In this document: positions 37,594-47,846 of the stretch, in pieces | Position numbering within the stretch: the first letter of the stretch is position 1 | Layout: every line of letters begins with the position of its first letter | Origin: an uncultured Clostridium sp. | GTDB lineage: Bacteria > Bacillota > Clostridia > TANB77 > CAG-508 | Length of the DNA stretch: 64,000 bases | Reading direction: 5' to 3' | Assembly: GCA_930980855.1 (NCBI GenBank) | Contig: CAKNIZ010000005.1 | Coordinates: forward strand, 4,713 to 68,712 | Made by a program: the position numbers and the translations under genes | The notes under the pieces: model-generated | What the model was told of the DNA's origin: nothing | Databases searched by the model: none | What the model saw: the letters and a program-made list of their open reading frames with translations, nothing else

Positions 37594-38922
37594 TTATTTA
37601 ATAAATGACGTATCATAATCATTTTTTATAAATTCTGGATTTTCTAGAATCTTATACAAGAAATCTATATTAGTTGTTATTCCATCAATAACAAATTCTC
37701 CTAGAGCACTCTTCATTTTATTAATTGAATCTTCTCTATCCATGCCATGAACAATTAGTTTAGCAATCATAGAATCATAATTAGGAGGTATTACATAGTC
37801 TTGATATATTGCAGTATCTACTCTTATTCCATTTCCTCCTGGTATATGAAGTCCTGTTATTTTTCCAGGGCAAGGCATGAAGTTTTTATCTGGATTTTCA
37901 GCATTTATTCTACATTCCAAACTATGTCCTTTAACATTTAGTTCTCTTACTTCTTTAGAAAGCTTCTTACCTGCAGCAATATTTATTTGCTCTTTTACCA
38001 AGTCAACTCCTGTAACCATTTCTGTTACTGGATGCTCAACTTGAAGTCTTGTATTCATTTCCATAAAGTAAAAATTTCCAGATTTATCTACTAAATATTC
38101 GATTGTTCCAGCATTTGTATATCCTATTTTTTCGATTGCTTTTACAGAAACTTTTTCCATCTTTTGTCTTAATTTTTCATCTATATATCCAGATGGAGTT
38201 TCTTCAAGCATTTTTTGATTTTTTCTTTGAACTGTACAATCTCTATCTCCTAAATGTGCTACGTTTCCATGCTTATCTGCAATTACTTGTATTTCTATGT
38301 GTCTAGGATTTTGAATATATTTTTCTATATAAATGCTGTCATCATTAAATGCTGATTTTGCCTCTGTTCTTATTACATCATAATATCTTGAAAGCTCTTC
38401 TTCGGTATTAGCTATTCTTATTCCTTTTCCGCCACCACCGCTTACTGCTTTCATTATAACTGGATATCCAATTTGGTTTGCTATTTCTTTCGCACCTTGA
38501 AGTGATTCTACATTCCCTTCTGAACCTTCAACTACTGGAACTCCAGCTTTTTTCATAGTTTCTTTTGCTTTTGACTTATTTCCCATAAGTTCTATTAGTT
38601 CATAAGATGGGCCTATATAATTTATTCCCATTTCACTACACATTTTTGCAAAAGCTACATTTTCAGATAAAAAACCATATCCAGGATGCACACTATCTGC
38701 ACCTGTTAAGCAGCAAGCTTCTAGTATTGCTTTTACATTTAAATAACTTTTATTAGATGCGGCTGGTCCAATGCAAACAGCTTGGTCTGCTAATTTTACA
38801 TGTAAGGCATTTTTATCTGCTTCTGAATATACCGCTACTGTAGCAATTCCCATTTCTCTACATGCTCTAATTATTCTTACTGCTATTTCTCCTCTATTAG
38901 CTATTAATACTTTTCTTATCAT
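37594..38922 (-). CDS. accC: Biotin carboxylase
   Basis: 442 aa. Motifs [20 protein letters not shown]-grasp GGGGKGIR, and [14 protein letters not shown]. Confidence 0.92.
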   Translation of the reverse strand: MIRKVLIANRGEIAVRIIRACREMGIATVAVYSEADKNALHVKLADQAVCIGPAASNKSYLNVKAILEACCLTGADSVHPGYGFLSENVAFAKMCSEMGINYIGPSYELIELMGNKSKAKETMKKAGVPVVEGSEGNVESLQGAKEIANQIGYPVIMKAVSGGGGKGIRIANTEEELSRYYDVIRTEAKSAFNDDSIYIEKYIQNPRHIEIQVIADKHGNVAHLGDRDCTVQRKNQKMLEETPSGYIDEKLRQKMEKVSVKAIEKIGYTNAGTIEYLVDKSGNFYFMEMNTRLQVEHPVTEMVTGVDLVKEQINIAAGKKLSKEVRELNVKGHSLECRINAENPDKNFMPCPGKITGLHIPGGNGIRVDTAIYQDYVIPPNYDSMIAKLIVHGMDREDSINKMKSALGEFVIDGITTNIDFLYKILENPEFIKNDYDTSFIK

Positions 38923-38931
38923 ACTTTTCTC

Positions 38932-39354
38932 CTATACTATTGCAAATGTAAGCTCTCCCTTACATGCTACTTCTCCATCAACAGTAGCAATTGCTTCTCC
39001 TATTCCTATTGGTCCTTTTTGTTTAATGATTTTTACTTCTAATTTTAATGTGTCACCAGGTTTTACTTGTCTTTTAAATCTTAATTTATCTATTCCACCA
39101 AAAAGTGCATTTCTTCCCTTATTTTCTTCCTTAGATAATATAGCAACAGCTCCTGTTTGAGCTAATGCTTCTACTATAAGTACCCCTGGCATTATTGGAT
39201 TACCTGGGAAATGACCAGCAAAATGTGGTTCGTTTATACATACATTTTTATATGCAATTGCACTTTCTCCTGGTACAAAATCTTCTACTTTGTCTATCAT
39301 AAGGAATGGTGCTCTTTGAGGTATTATCTCCATTATTCCATTAACATCTAACAT
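38932..39354 (-). CDS. fabZ: 3-hydroxyacyl-ACP dehydratase FabZ
   Basis: 140 aa. Motifs [13 protein letters not shown]-like, [19 protein letters not shown]. Confidence 0.9.
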   Translation of the reverse strand: MLDVNGIMEIIPQRAPFLMIDKVEDFVPGESAIAYKNVCINEPHFAGHFPGNPIMPGVLIVEALAQTGAVAILSKEENKGRNALFGGIDKLRFKRQVKPGDTLKLEVKIIKQKGPIGIGEAIATVDGEVACKGELTFAIV

Positions 39355-39363
39355 TTTTTCCTC

Positions 39364-39807
39364 CTATTTTACTTTAAATAAACAATCTCCATATTCACAC
39401 ATATCTTCATCGTTTTTGCATATTTCTACTATTTCTCCATCAAATTCGCTTTCGATTTCATTCATAAGTTTCATTGCTTCAACTATACAAACTACATCTC
39501 CTTTTCTTACCTTATCTCCAACTTTTACGAAAGGTTTAGCTGTTGGTGAAGATTTGCTATAAAAAGTTCCAACCATTGGTGATTTTATTTCTTTGTAATT
39601 TTCATCACTAGTTTTATTAGATGGTTCTACTGTAGTATTATTTACTTCACTTACTACTGGTTCTTGATTTTGTGCAATTACCACATTTGTTTTACTTTCA
39701 TTCTTTTTCATACTAATTTTAGTACCATCTGGGAATTCTATTTTTAATTCATCTATTTTAGATTCTCCCATATCTTTTACTATTTCTTTTATATCCTTAT
39801 ATTCCAT
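39364..39807 (-). CDS. accB: Biotin carboxyl carrier protein
   Basis: 147 aa. Biotinylation motif [10 protein letters not shown]. Confidence 0.88.
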   Translation of the reverse strand: MEYKDIKEIVKDMGESKIDELKIEFPDGTKISMKKNESKTNVVIAQNQEPVVSEVNNTTVEPSNKTSDENYKEIKSPMVGTFYSKSSPTAKPFVKVGDKVRKGDVVCIVEAMKLMNEIESEFDGEIVEICKNDEDMCEYGDCLFKVK

Positions 39808-39816
39808 ATTTATCTC

Positions 39817-41052
39817 CTATTCATATCTTTTAAATATAATTGAACTGTTGTGTCCACCAAATCCTAATGAATTTGACATAGCATAGTTTATTTTTATATT
39901 TCTACCAACATTAGGTACAACATCTAAATCACATTCTTCATCTTTTACTTTATAATTAATTGTAGGTGGTACAAAATCGTCTTCAATTGCCTTAATACAA
40001 GCAATAGCTTCTACTGCACCAGCTGCTCCTAATAAATGTCCTGTGTTACCTTTTGTTGAGCTTACCATAACAGTTTTAGCTTTTTCTTTTAATGCTGTTT
40101 TTATAGCTTGTGTCTCACAAAGATCGTTTAAATGAGTTGATGTTCCGTGAGCATTTATATAGTCTATTTCTGTCTCTTCTATATTTGCATCTTTAATAGC
40201 ATTCATCATAGCTCTTGCTCCACCTTCTCCATCTGGTGCTGGAGATGTTATATGGTATGCATCTGAAGATGCCCCATAACCGCAAATTTCTGCATATATT
40301 TTAGCTCCTCTTTTTTTAGCATGTTCTAGTTCTTCTAATACTATTACACCAGCGCCTTCTCCCATTACAAATCCGCTTCTTTCTTTGTCAAATGGGATAC
40401 TTGCTCTATTTTTGTCTTCTGCTTGAGACAATGCTTTTATATTAGTAAATCCTGCTATTCCTGTTTTAGTAATTGATGCTTCTGTTCCTCCAGTAAACAC
40501 CACATCTTGATATCCATGCTTTATAGCTCTATATGCTTCACCTATTGAATGAGTTGCACTTGCACAGGCTGTTGCTATTGAAAAAGATTCTCCTCTTAGT
40601 CCTAAATCTATTGCCACATTACCTGCTGCCATATTTGATATTACCATTGGTATATACATAGGAGAAATTTTATCATATCCTTTTTCAAAGCATACTCTAT
40701 TTTCTTTTTCTATAGTATCAAGTCCACCAATACCTGAACCGATAAATGTTCCTACTCTTTCCATATCAGTATTTTCTTTAGTAATACCACTATCTTTCAT
40801 AGCTTCTCTTGCTGCAATAATTGCAAATTGAGTAAATCTATCTAGTCTTCTAGCTGATCTTTTATCTAAATATTCTTCTGGATTATAATTCTTTACTTCT
40901 GCTGCTAATTTTACTTTAAAGTCTGTTACATCAAATGCAGTAATTGTATCAATTCCGCATTTTCCTGCTTTTAATCCTTCCCAATAATCTTTTACGTTAT
41001 TTCCAATAGGAGTAATAGCTCCTAAACCTGTTACAACAACTCTTCTTTCCAT
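39817..41052 (-). CDS. fabF: 3-oxoacyl-ACP synthase II
   Basis: 411 aa. Active-site ATACAS, and HGTST...GHLLGAAG. Confidence 0.9.
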   Translation of the reverse strand: MERRVVVTGLGAITPIGNNVKDYWEGLKAGKCGIDTITAFDVTDFKVKLAAEVKNYNPEEYLDKRSARRLDRFTQFAIIAAREAMKDSGITKENTDMERVGTFIGSGIGGLDTIEKENRVCFEKGYDKISPMYIPMVISNMAAGNVAIDLGLRGESFSIATACASATHSIGEAYRAIKHGYQDVVFTGGTEASITKTGIAGFTNIKALSQAEDKNRASIPFDKERSGFVMGEGAGVIVLEELEHAKKRGAKIYAEICGYGASSDAYHITSPAPDGEGGARAMMNAIKDANIEETEIDYINAHGTSTHLNDLCETQAIKTALKEKAKTVMVSSTKGNTGHLLGAAGAVEAIACIKAIEDDFVPPTINYKVKDEECDLDVVPNVGRNIKINYAMSNSLGFGGHNSSIIFKRYE

Positions 41053-41107
41053 TTTTATTACCCTTCCTTTATATTTTTTCGATTAAGGACCGTCCCTAGT
41101 TGAAAAC

Positions 41108-41845
41108 TTAAATCAACATTCCTCCATCTATATTTAATACTTGACCTGTAATATATGTATTATCACTTGATCCTAAGAAGTATACTGCTTTTGCAATTTC
41201 TTCTGGTGTTCCCATTCTTTTTAATGGTATTTGATTATTAATGTTTTCTTTTACAGTATCATTTAAACATTCTGTCATATCTGTATCTATAAATCCTGGT
41301 GCTACGGCATTTGCTAAAATATTTCTACTTGCTAATTCTTTAGCTAAACTTTTAGTAAATCCTATTATTCCCGCTTTTGATGCTGCATAATTGCATTGTC
41401 CAGCATTACCACTTACACCGACAACTGATGATATATTTACTATCCTTCCGCTTCTTTTTTTCATCATATATGGTACTACACTTTTTGTAACATTGAATGT
41501 TCCCTTTAAATTTGTATTTATAACCTGATCAAATTCTTCTTCTTTCATTCTCATAATTAAATTATCTCTAGTAATTCCAGCATTATTTACCAATACATCT
41601 ATTTTTCCGAATTTTTCTATTGCTTTTTTTACGGCATTTTCTGCTGAATCAAATTCTCCAACATTTGCTCTAACAAATAATATTTCATTATCATTTTTTA
41701 AGTCATCTTCTAATTTTTTTAAATCTGTTTTTTCTGAGACATAGTTAATTACTAAATTATATCCATTATCTGAAAATATTTTAGCTATTGCCTTTCCTAT
41801 ACCTCTTGTTCCACCAGTTATAAATGCAACTTTCTTTTCGTCCAT
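41108..41845 (-). CDS. fabG: 3-oxoacyl-ACP reductase
   Basis: 245-aa SDR. Motifs TGGTRGIG, NNAGI, YAASKAG. Confidence 0.9.
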   Translation of the reverse strand: MDEKKVAFITGGTRGIGKAIAKIFSDNGYNLVINYVSEKTDLKKLEDDLKNDNEILFVRANVGEFDSAENAVKKAIEKFGKIDVLVNNAGITRDNLIMRMKEEEFDQVINTNLKGTFNVTKSVVPYMMKKRSGRIVNISSVVGVSGNAGQCNYAASKAGIIGFTKSLAKELASRNILANAVAPGFIDTDMTECLNDTVKENINNQIPLKRMGTPEEIAKAVYFLGSSDNTYITGQVLNIDGGMLI

Positions 41846-42777
41846 TATAATCCTCCTAATAATTCATTTAATTTTTCTACTGTATCAATAGAATAACATT
41901 TAGCTTCTTTAATCTCTTTTTTTACAAATCCAGTCATTGATTTTCCTGGACCAATTTCAATAAAATTATCTATATTATTTTCAGCGAAAATTGATAAAGC
42001 TTTATCAAATCTTACTGGACTTACAATATGTTTAGATAAGATATCCACAAAATCATCACTTTTTGTGTATAACTTTCCATCTAAGTTTTTAATAACTTTT
42101 ACTTCATTTCCATTTCCAAAAGTAACTTTTTTTAGCTCTTTTACATATTCTTTTCTAGCTTCTTCTAGTTTTTCTGTATGGAAAGGTCCTGATGTATTAA
42201 GTTCTACCACTCTTTTAGCACCTTTTGCTTTTAAAGCCTCCATAGCTTTTGCTACTGCTTCTTTATTTCCTGAAATAACAGTTTGACCAGAATAATTATA
42301 ATTAGCAGGAACAACAAATTTTCCTTCTTTTCTAATATCTTCACAAACTTTTTCTATCTCTCTTGAATCAAGTCCGATGATTGCCGCCATAGAATATTCT
42401 TCATTTGGAATTAAGTTTTCCATGAAATAACCTCTCATTTTAAGAAGTTTAAAGCAATCTTCCATACTTAGAAATCCACCATATACTAAACCTACATATT
42501 CACCCAAACTTAGTCCAGCTGCATATTCTGCTTTGATTCCTTTTTTGCTTATTACTTCTAAAACTGCTAGTGACATTGCTGCTATACAAAGCTGAGCATT
42601 TTGTGTTTTTTTTAGCTCTTCATCTGTAGCTTCAAAGCATATTTCTTTAATATTCATATTTGTTACTTCATTTGCTAAATCATATACTTTTCTAGCCTCT
42701 TCAAAATTATCGTAAAAATCCTTTCCCATTCCTGCAAATTGACTTCCTTGACCAGGAAATAAAAAAACGTTTTTCAT
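41845..42777 (-). CDS. fabD: Malonyl-CoA:ACP transacylase
   Basis: Motifs FLFPGQGSQ and GLSLGEY. The ATG at 42777 sits 5 nt after GGAGG. The track's upstream ATG has no RBS. Confidence 0.9.
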   Translation of the reverse strand: MKNVFLFPGQGSQFAGMGKDFYDNFEEARKVYDLANEVTNMNIKEICFEATDEELKKTQNAQLCIAAMSLAVLEVISKKGIKAEYAAGLSLGEYVGLVYGGFLSMEDCFKLLKMRGYFMENLIPNEEYSMAAIIGLDSREIEKVCEDIRKEGKFVVPANYNYSGQTVISGNKEAVAKAMEALKAKGAKRVVELNTSGPFHTEKLEEARKEYVKELKKVTFGNGNEVKVIKNLDGKLYTKSDDFVDILSKHIVSPVRFDKALSIFAENNIDNFIEIGPGKSMTGFVKKEIKEAKCYSIDTVEKLNELLGGL

Positions 42778-42828
42778 ATATTCCTCCATTTAATGTTTTA
42801 TATTCTAATGCAAGCTGAATTTAATACT

Positions 42829-43743
42829 CTAATATTCCAATATAATACAACCTGAATTTAGTCCTCCACCATATCCAACTAGCATTATCTTATCTCCTTT
42901 TTCTAATTCTACTTCTGATAATGCAATTGGAATACTTGCACAAAATGTATTGCCTATCCCTTTTATATTCGTATACATTTTTTCTTTGCATCCTAACCTC
43001 ACACCTATTGCATCCATTATTCTTTGATTAGATTGATGAAGTATAATACTTTTTATATCGTCTAGTTCTAAACCAGCTTGCTTTAAAGTTTCAGTTATTA
43101 ATTCATTTACTTCTTTTACTGCATATTTGTATATTTTCTTTCCTTGCATACTTAGCTTATTTTCATATTCATACACTAACAGATCGGATTCTTGACCTTG
43201 GCTTCTTATATTTGAAGCATATATCTTATTTTCATCAGTATTTGAAATAATAGTAGCTCCTGCTCCATCTCCCATCAAGATAGCAGTTGAATAGTCTTTT
43301 TCATCTATAATTTTTGATAACCTTTCTACTCCTATAATTAATGCAGTATTTATTCTATTTAAACTTATTGCCATTTCTGCTATATCAAAAGCATTTATGT
43401 AACCACTACATCCACCTAAAATATCTAGGCACATGCAATTTTTTATGTCTAATTCTTTTTGCACTAAAAAAGAAATTCCAGGCATTATTTTTGTAGTTGA
43501 TGTTGTTGCTACAATTATCATATCAATATTTTCTTTTTTGATTTTTCCATCTTCTATTGCTTTTAAACTCGCCATGTATGCCATATCTTCCATTTTTTCA
43601 TCTTGTGTATAAAATCTTTTTTCTATTCCTGAAAGTTCTAGTATTTTTTCTTCATCTATCCCAAACTGCTTAGATAGTAGTTTATTATTTATTTCTTTTT
43701 GGGGTATATATTTTCCTCTTCCAATAATTTGTATATTTCTCAT
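42829..43743 (-). CDS. fabH: 3-oxoacyl-ACP synthase III
   Basis: 304 aa. Active-site GGCSGY, then HQSNQRI and GNTFCASIP. Confidence 0.85.
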   Translation of the reverse strand: MRNIQIIGRGKYIPQKEINNKLLSKQFGIDEEKILELSGIEKRFYTQDEKMEDMAYMASLKAIEDGKIKKENIDMIIVATTSTTKIMPGISFLVQKELDIKNCMCLDILGGCSGYINAFDIAEMAISLNRINTALIIGVERLSKIIDEKDYSTAILMGDGAGATIISNTDENKIYASNIRSQGQESDLLVYEYENKLSMQGKKIYKYAVKEVNELITETLKQAGLELDDIKSIILHQSNQRIMDAIGVRLGCKEKMYTNIKGIGNTFCASIPIALSEVELEKGDKIMLVGYGGGLNSGCIILEY

Positions 43744-43770
43744 TTTTACCTCTATTATATTTTATTGATT

Positions 43771-44364
43771 TTAATAAAAGTTTTCATTGGTCTGACTGGT
43801 CAAATTAATTAAAATTTCATTTTTAATTTTTTCTACAATTTTTAAAATTATTTCTTCTCTATTAAAATTTTTTTTAAATTCTTTTTTTAATGAAGTAGCA
43901 ATCTTTTCTGTTTCACTATCAAAATTAACTTCATTTACATTAAATCCTACACTTATTATTAAATGAGTAACTTCTTTAGAAATACTTCTTATTTCAGTTA
44001 ATATTCCACATATTTTCTTGTTATTTAATAATAAATCATTTGGGTATTTTATTTCTAAATTTATATTATATTTTTCTTTTATTGCTCCTTGAATAGATTT
44101 TGCAATTTCTATTGTTATATTATTTAATTTATCTATATCGCAATTAGGTTTGATTAACATGCTCATTGCAATATTATTGGCATCTCCTGTATACCACGTT
44201 CTTCCATGGGTTCCTATTCCACTTTCTTGATTATCTGCTATAGCTATTGTTCTATCCTCTAAATCGCTTGCATGTTCTTTTATGTATTTATGTGTAGAAT
44301 CTATTGTTTCAAAATATTTTATTTTGTATACTTTTAATTTATTTTCTAGTATTTTAGAATTCAT
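43771..44364 (-). CDS. birA: Short biotin-protein ligase (BirA catalytic domain only)
   Basis: 197 aa. ESGIGTHGRTWYTGDANNIAMSML corresponds to GRGRxGRxWxS...NLxxS. It then has KYPNDLLLNNKKICGILTE. No HTH domain is present and the C-terminus is short. Confidence 0.65.
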   Translation of the reverse strand: MNSKILENKLKVYKIKYFETIDSTHKYIKEHASDLEDRTIAIADNQESGIGTHGRTWYTGDANNIAMSMLIKPNCDIDKLNNITIEIAKSIQGAIKEKYNINLEIKYPNDLLLNNKKICGILTEIRSISKEVTHLIISVGFNVNEVNFDSETEKIATSLKKEFKKNFNREEIILKIVEKIKNEILINLTSQTNENFY

Positions 44365-44404
44365 CTTTCTCCTTATTACTTATATGAATAATTATTTCTT
44401 TTAT

Positions 44405-44548
44405 AATTGTATATTATAAAATTTCTTTCTCCTTGCGGTCGCTGATAAAATTCTACGAATTTTACAGCTCCAAACGCACATCGCTTAAAATCCTTTTAAG
44501 CTCGTTTGAACGCTTGCGCGGAGCTACGAAATCTCATAATATACAATT
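44405..44548. repeat. Family B-related element with the same terminal inverted repeats but a different, longer GC-rich core
   Basis: Termini are aattgtatattataaaatttc ... gaaatctcataatatacaatt. The core contains the hairpin gcttaaaa-tcc-ttttaagc and GC-rich arms. Confidence 0.7.
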
Positions 44549-44648
44549 TTATAATAAATCGTGAATTATTATATTAGTAATAGAAAAATATATCAATCAC
44601 ATGACTATACAGTCAAAATCAAATTTTATTAAAATTCATAAATAAAAA

Positions 44649-44731
44649 TGTATATTCAAGATTTTGCAGTTTCGCGCAGCTTGGAGGGCTTTATGCCCGA
44701 CAGCAAGAAACAAAAAATCTTAGAATATACA
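44649..44731. repeat. Family B element, copy B2
   Basis: tgtatattcaagattttgcagtttcgcgcagcttggagggctttatgcccgacagcaagaaacaaaaaatcttagaatataca. Confidence 0.8.
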
Positions 44732-44764
44732 TTCCGCTTTTTATAAAAATTAATAAATAAAAAA

Positions 44765-44855
44765 ATTGTATATTTTAAGATTTTGCAGTCACGCGCAGTT
44801 TGGAGGAAAGTAATCGTTCCGACAGCAAGTGACAAAAAACTTAAAATATACAATT
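44765..44855. repeat. Family B element, copy B3
   Basis: aattgtatattttaagattttgcagtcacgcgcagtttggaggaaagtaatcgttccgacagcaagtgacaaaaaacttaaaatatacaatt. Confidence 0.8.
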
Positions 44856-44891
44856 ATAATATTTTTAATAATCTTTTATGTTAGAACATTT

Positions 44892-46937
44892 TTATTGGTC
44901 ATTATTATTATTTATTGGTCCAAAAAGTTCATCGAATTTTGCTTCTAGTTCTTTTTGAATATCTATCTCATCCTCAGATGTATTTTGCATTTGTTTAGCT
45001 ACATCATCCTCAAATCCCGGAAGCACTGCCGAATCTGCTGAACTAGGAGGATTCATATTTGTTTGCACAGGTGGAATATTTTGTATAGGCTGATTATTTT
45101 GAATAGGTACATTTTCTTCCACTTTTGTATCTTCAAATAAATCGTCCAATGAATCAATTCGCACATCTTCCTGTTTTTTCTCTTCTGTTTTATTTCCTGT
45201 ATATGGGTCATAAGGATTGTATTTTCTCCAATTTCCTCTTTCACCACAATCAAAATCATTATGGTCAATTCTTTTACTATTAAAATCTTTTATCATATTT
45301 GTTTGATAATACCAGAATTTTTTAGCTTTAATTGGCTTTAGACCTTTTTCAAATATGATACATTCGTTATTATCCATTCTTCTAAGCTCATCAGGTGTCA
45401 TTAATGCTCTAGCCATTATTTGGTCTGATTCACTAAATCCTGTACTTACATCTAATGTATTTCTATTAATTGACTTACTATTATGTTTTATTGTTTTTTC
45501 GCCTAATTCTTTTGAGAAATACTCAACTGTAGCATAAGAGTTACTTCCTAAGAATACGTGAGTATCACAGTTACCAATAATAGTTTCATAAGATTTTTCA
45601 TAAATTGCTTTTAATTGGTCTAAGTTTTGAAGAATAACACTAAATGAAATTCCTCTACTTCTACTGGTTGATATTTTTTTATCAAAATCTGGTATTTGAC
45701 CTATATTAGCAAACTCGTCCAATATGAAAAATGTTTTTATAGGTAATTTACCACCATTTTTATCTGCAAAATCATATAATTGTTGTATCATCTGTGAAAA
45801 GAAAATTGTAAGTAGGAAATCATAAGCTGTATGAGTATCTGAAGATACAACGTATAAAGCTGTTTTCTTAGATGCGATATCAGCAAAATCTATAGTATTT
45901 GTTGATGTAACATCCGCTATATCTTTTGAATCAAACTTACCAAGTTTTGATTGCAATGTACTAAGTATAGAACTATATGTTTTGTCTGAAGCTATTTCAA
46001 CAGATTTGTAGTTCATTCTTGCTGGATGGTCATATGGCAATCTACTCATTAAATCTGAAAGTAAGTTACTTCCACCATTATTATTTGCTGCTCTAACAAG
46101 TTCCGCACAGCTAGCCAAGTTTTGCTCTTCTGGAGGAGCTGCAGCTATCAAATAATATATTAATGCTTTTAGCAAAATTTCTGCCATGTTATCCCAATAT
46201 GGGTCTGAAGCACTTCCTTCTGCTTTTTGTCCTTTTACAATAGTATTAGCAATAACGTCTACATCTATCTCGCTTTGAATATGTTGAAGAGGGTTATAAC
46301 TATCACTACTTGTAGGATTAACTAAATTTAATAATTTGATTTCGTATCCATGATCTTTTAAATATCCCGCTGTAGTATCATAAATTTCTCCTTTGGGGTC
46401 TGTAAAAATGTATGAACCTAACAATTGGTGAGCATTTGGTATAGTGTAGCTTGATGATTTACCAGAACCTGAACCACCGACAATAAGAACATTTATATTT
46501 CCTATTTTATTTAATGGTAAATAATTATTTTGTGCTAATAGTAGTCCAGAATTTCTGCTTAATACTCTATATTGCTCTCCGCCTGTACACCAGTCACTTG
46601 AACCATGCTCTATATCTTGGTATTTGGTTTTCTTTCTATTCTTGTAAGCTCCTATTCCAAAAGCAATTCCTAAGAAAATTGTAAATCCTAATGTCCATGA
46701 CCCAAAAGTTCCTATTACATTTGAATCAAATACTTTTGTAATACCCGCCAAAGATACTACATTTGATATAAAATCCTGTATAAAAAGAGCTATATCAAAT
46801 CTACCATCAACATAGCTCTCACTTATAGTATATGCAATCGGTGCTATTAGGAGAAGTTCCGCAATAATCCACACCACTAATGCAAATATTATATATTTTA
46901 AATTTCTTTTTATGAATTCACTAAATTTATTTTCCAT
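44892..46937 (-). CDS. VirD4/TraG-family type IV coupling protein-like ATPase
   Basis: 681 aa. N-terminal TM helices, Walker A VGGSGSGKSSSYTIPN, Walker B FFILDEFANIG, a TraG/TraD-type C-terminal region, and an acidic/Pro-rich tail. Confidence 0.75.
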   Translation of the reverse strand: MENKFSEFIKRNLKYIIFALVVWIIAELLLIAPIAYTISESYVDGRFDIALFIQDFISNVVSLAGITKVFDSNVIGTFGSWTLGFTIFLGIAFGIGAYKNRKKTKYQDIEHGSSDWCTGGEQYRVLSRNSGLLLAQNNYLPLNKIGNINVLIVGGSGSGKSSSYTIPNAHQLLGSYIFTDPKGEIYDTTAGYLKDHGYEIKLLNLVNPTSSDSYNPLQHIQSEIDVDVIANTIVKGQKAEGSASDPYWDNMAEILLKALIYYLIAAAPPEEQNLASCAELVRAANNNGGSNLLSDLMSRLPYDHPARMNYKSVEIASDKTYSSILSTLQSKLGKFDSKDIADVTSTNTIDFADIASKKTALYVVSSDTHTAYDFLLTIFFSQMIQQLYDFADKNGGKLPIKTFFILDEFANIGQIPDFDKKISTSRSRGISFSVILQNLDQLKAIYEKSYETIIGNCDTHVFLGSNSYATVEYFSKELGEKTIKHNSKSINRNTLDVSTGFSESDQIMARALMTPDELRRMDNNECIIFEKGLKPIKAKKFWYYQTNMIKDFNSKRIDHNDFDCGERGNWRKYNPYDPYTGNKTEEKKQEDVRIDSLDDLFEDTKVEENVPIQNNQPIQNIPPVQTNMNPPSSADSAVLPGFEDDVAKQMQNTSEDEIDIQKELEAKFDELFGPINNNNDQ

Positions 46938-46958
46938 AGCAATCCCTTCTCATTTGTT

Positions 46959-47231
46959 TTATTTTGACATTTCTTCTCTACTGTCTTTCATATTTTCTCT
47001 GATATCTAATGCATGTCTTGTGAATCTTCTCATAAAATTTTCATGAATTTTCTTTTTGTGTTCATCTGATATAATTATAGGTCTTTCTTTAGAGTCCCAT
47101 ACTTTTATTTCAAGTACGTCCCCTTCTGAAAATACTTTGTCAACATCAGCATTACCTTCTATGCCGTATTTTCCTTTTTCTCCCTTATCTCTTACATTTA
47201 TCATTGAAGCACTTATTTTTATATCACTCAC
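46959..47231 (-). CDS. 90-aa hypothetical protein (operonic with the coupling protein)
   Basis: 21-nt gap to the downstream T4CP gene. Weak resemblance to an AbrB/SpoVT-type swapped hairpin (EGDVLEIKVWD...IIIS). Unassigned. Confidence 0.35.
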   Translation of the reverse strand: MSDIKISASMINVRDKGEKGKYGIEGNADVDKVFSEGDVLEIKVWDSKERPIIISDEHKKKIHENFMRRFTRHALDIRENMKDSREEMSK

Positions 47232-47246
47232 TAGTACATCCTCCTT

Positions 47247-47762
47247 TTATGACCTTATTTCAAATGTGAAATAAGATTTGTATGGTTTTAACTTACACTT
47301 TCCCTTAATTTCATTTGTTTGATTATCTATGTACAATCTTGGTTTTACTTCTTCAGTTGTTTCTGGGTCTATAATTGTCATTGGTCTTTGTAAATTTGGT
47401 GTATAATTAAACTCTTTATATTCTATTGGAGTCTCTGAATAAATAGTGTTAAATTGAACTGGAATTGGTCTTTTTGAAATTTTTAGTCTATCATCTTTTA
47501 GTATACCTGTATTTACAACTACTTTTTCTTGTCCAAAAGATAATATTACTAAATCCTCACCCTCTGGTTCTGGATAATCTACAAAGAAAGTTTTTTTCTT
47601 CATATTCCCGTTCATTTCTTCAGAGTACACTAATCTTTCAACAGTATATTTAGGATACTGTTTTTGTAATTCCTTGGCAGTTTTATTAATTCTATATATA
47701 ACTGTGTTAACACCTTGTGGGTCAGTTATACTAAAATATTTACCTTGAAATTCCTCAGCCAT
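47247..47762 (-). CDS. 171-aa hypothetical protein
   Basis: 15-nt gap to the next gene. No recognisable motif. Confidence 0.4.
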   Translation of the reverse strand: MAEEFQGKYFSITDPQGVNTVIYRINKTAKELQKQYPKYTVERLVYSEEMNGNMKKKTFFVDYPEPEGEDLVILSFGQEKVVVNTGILKDDRLKISKRPIPVQFNTIYSETPIEYKEFNYTPNLQRPMTIIDPETTEEVKPRLYIDNQTNEIKGKCKLKPYKSYFTFEIRS

Positions 47763-47846
47763 CTTAGCACCTCTTTCTAAAACTTCTCTTTAGTTGACCT
47801 TTTAATTATATAATATTTTCTATAATATGTCAACCTCGAGCAGTTT

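Noticed and set aside
44656-44853. 65-aa ORF in the birA-T4CP intergenic region
   Set aside because: It is a read-through of two family B repeat copies. The same LQTARDCKI peptide appears in the spurious N-terminal extension of accA. It has no RBS.
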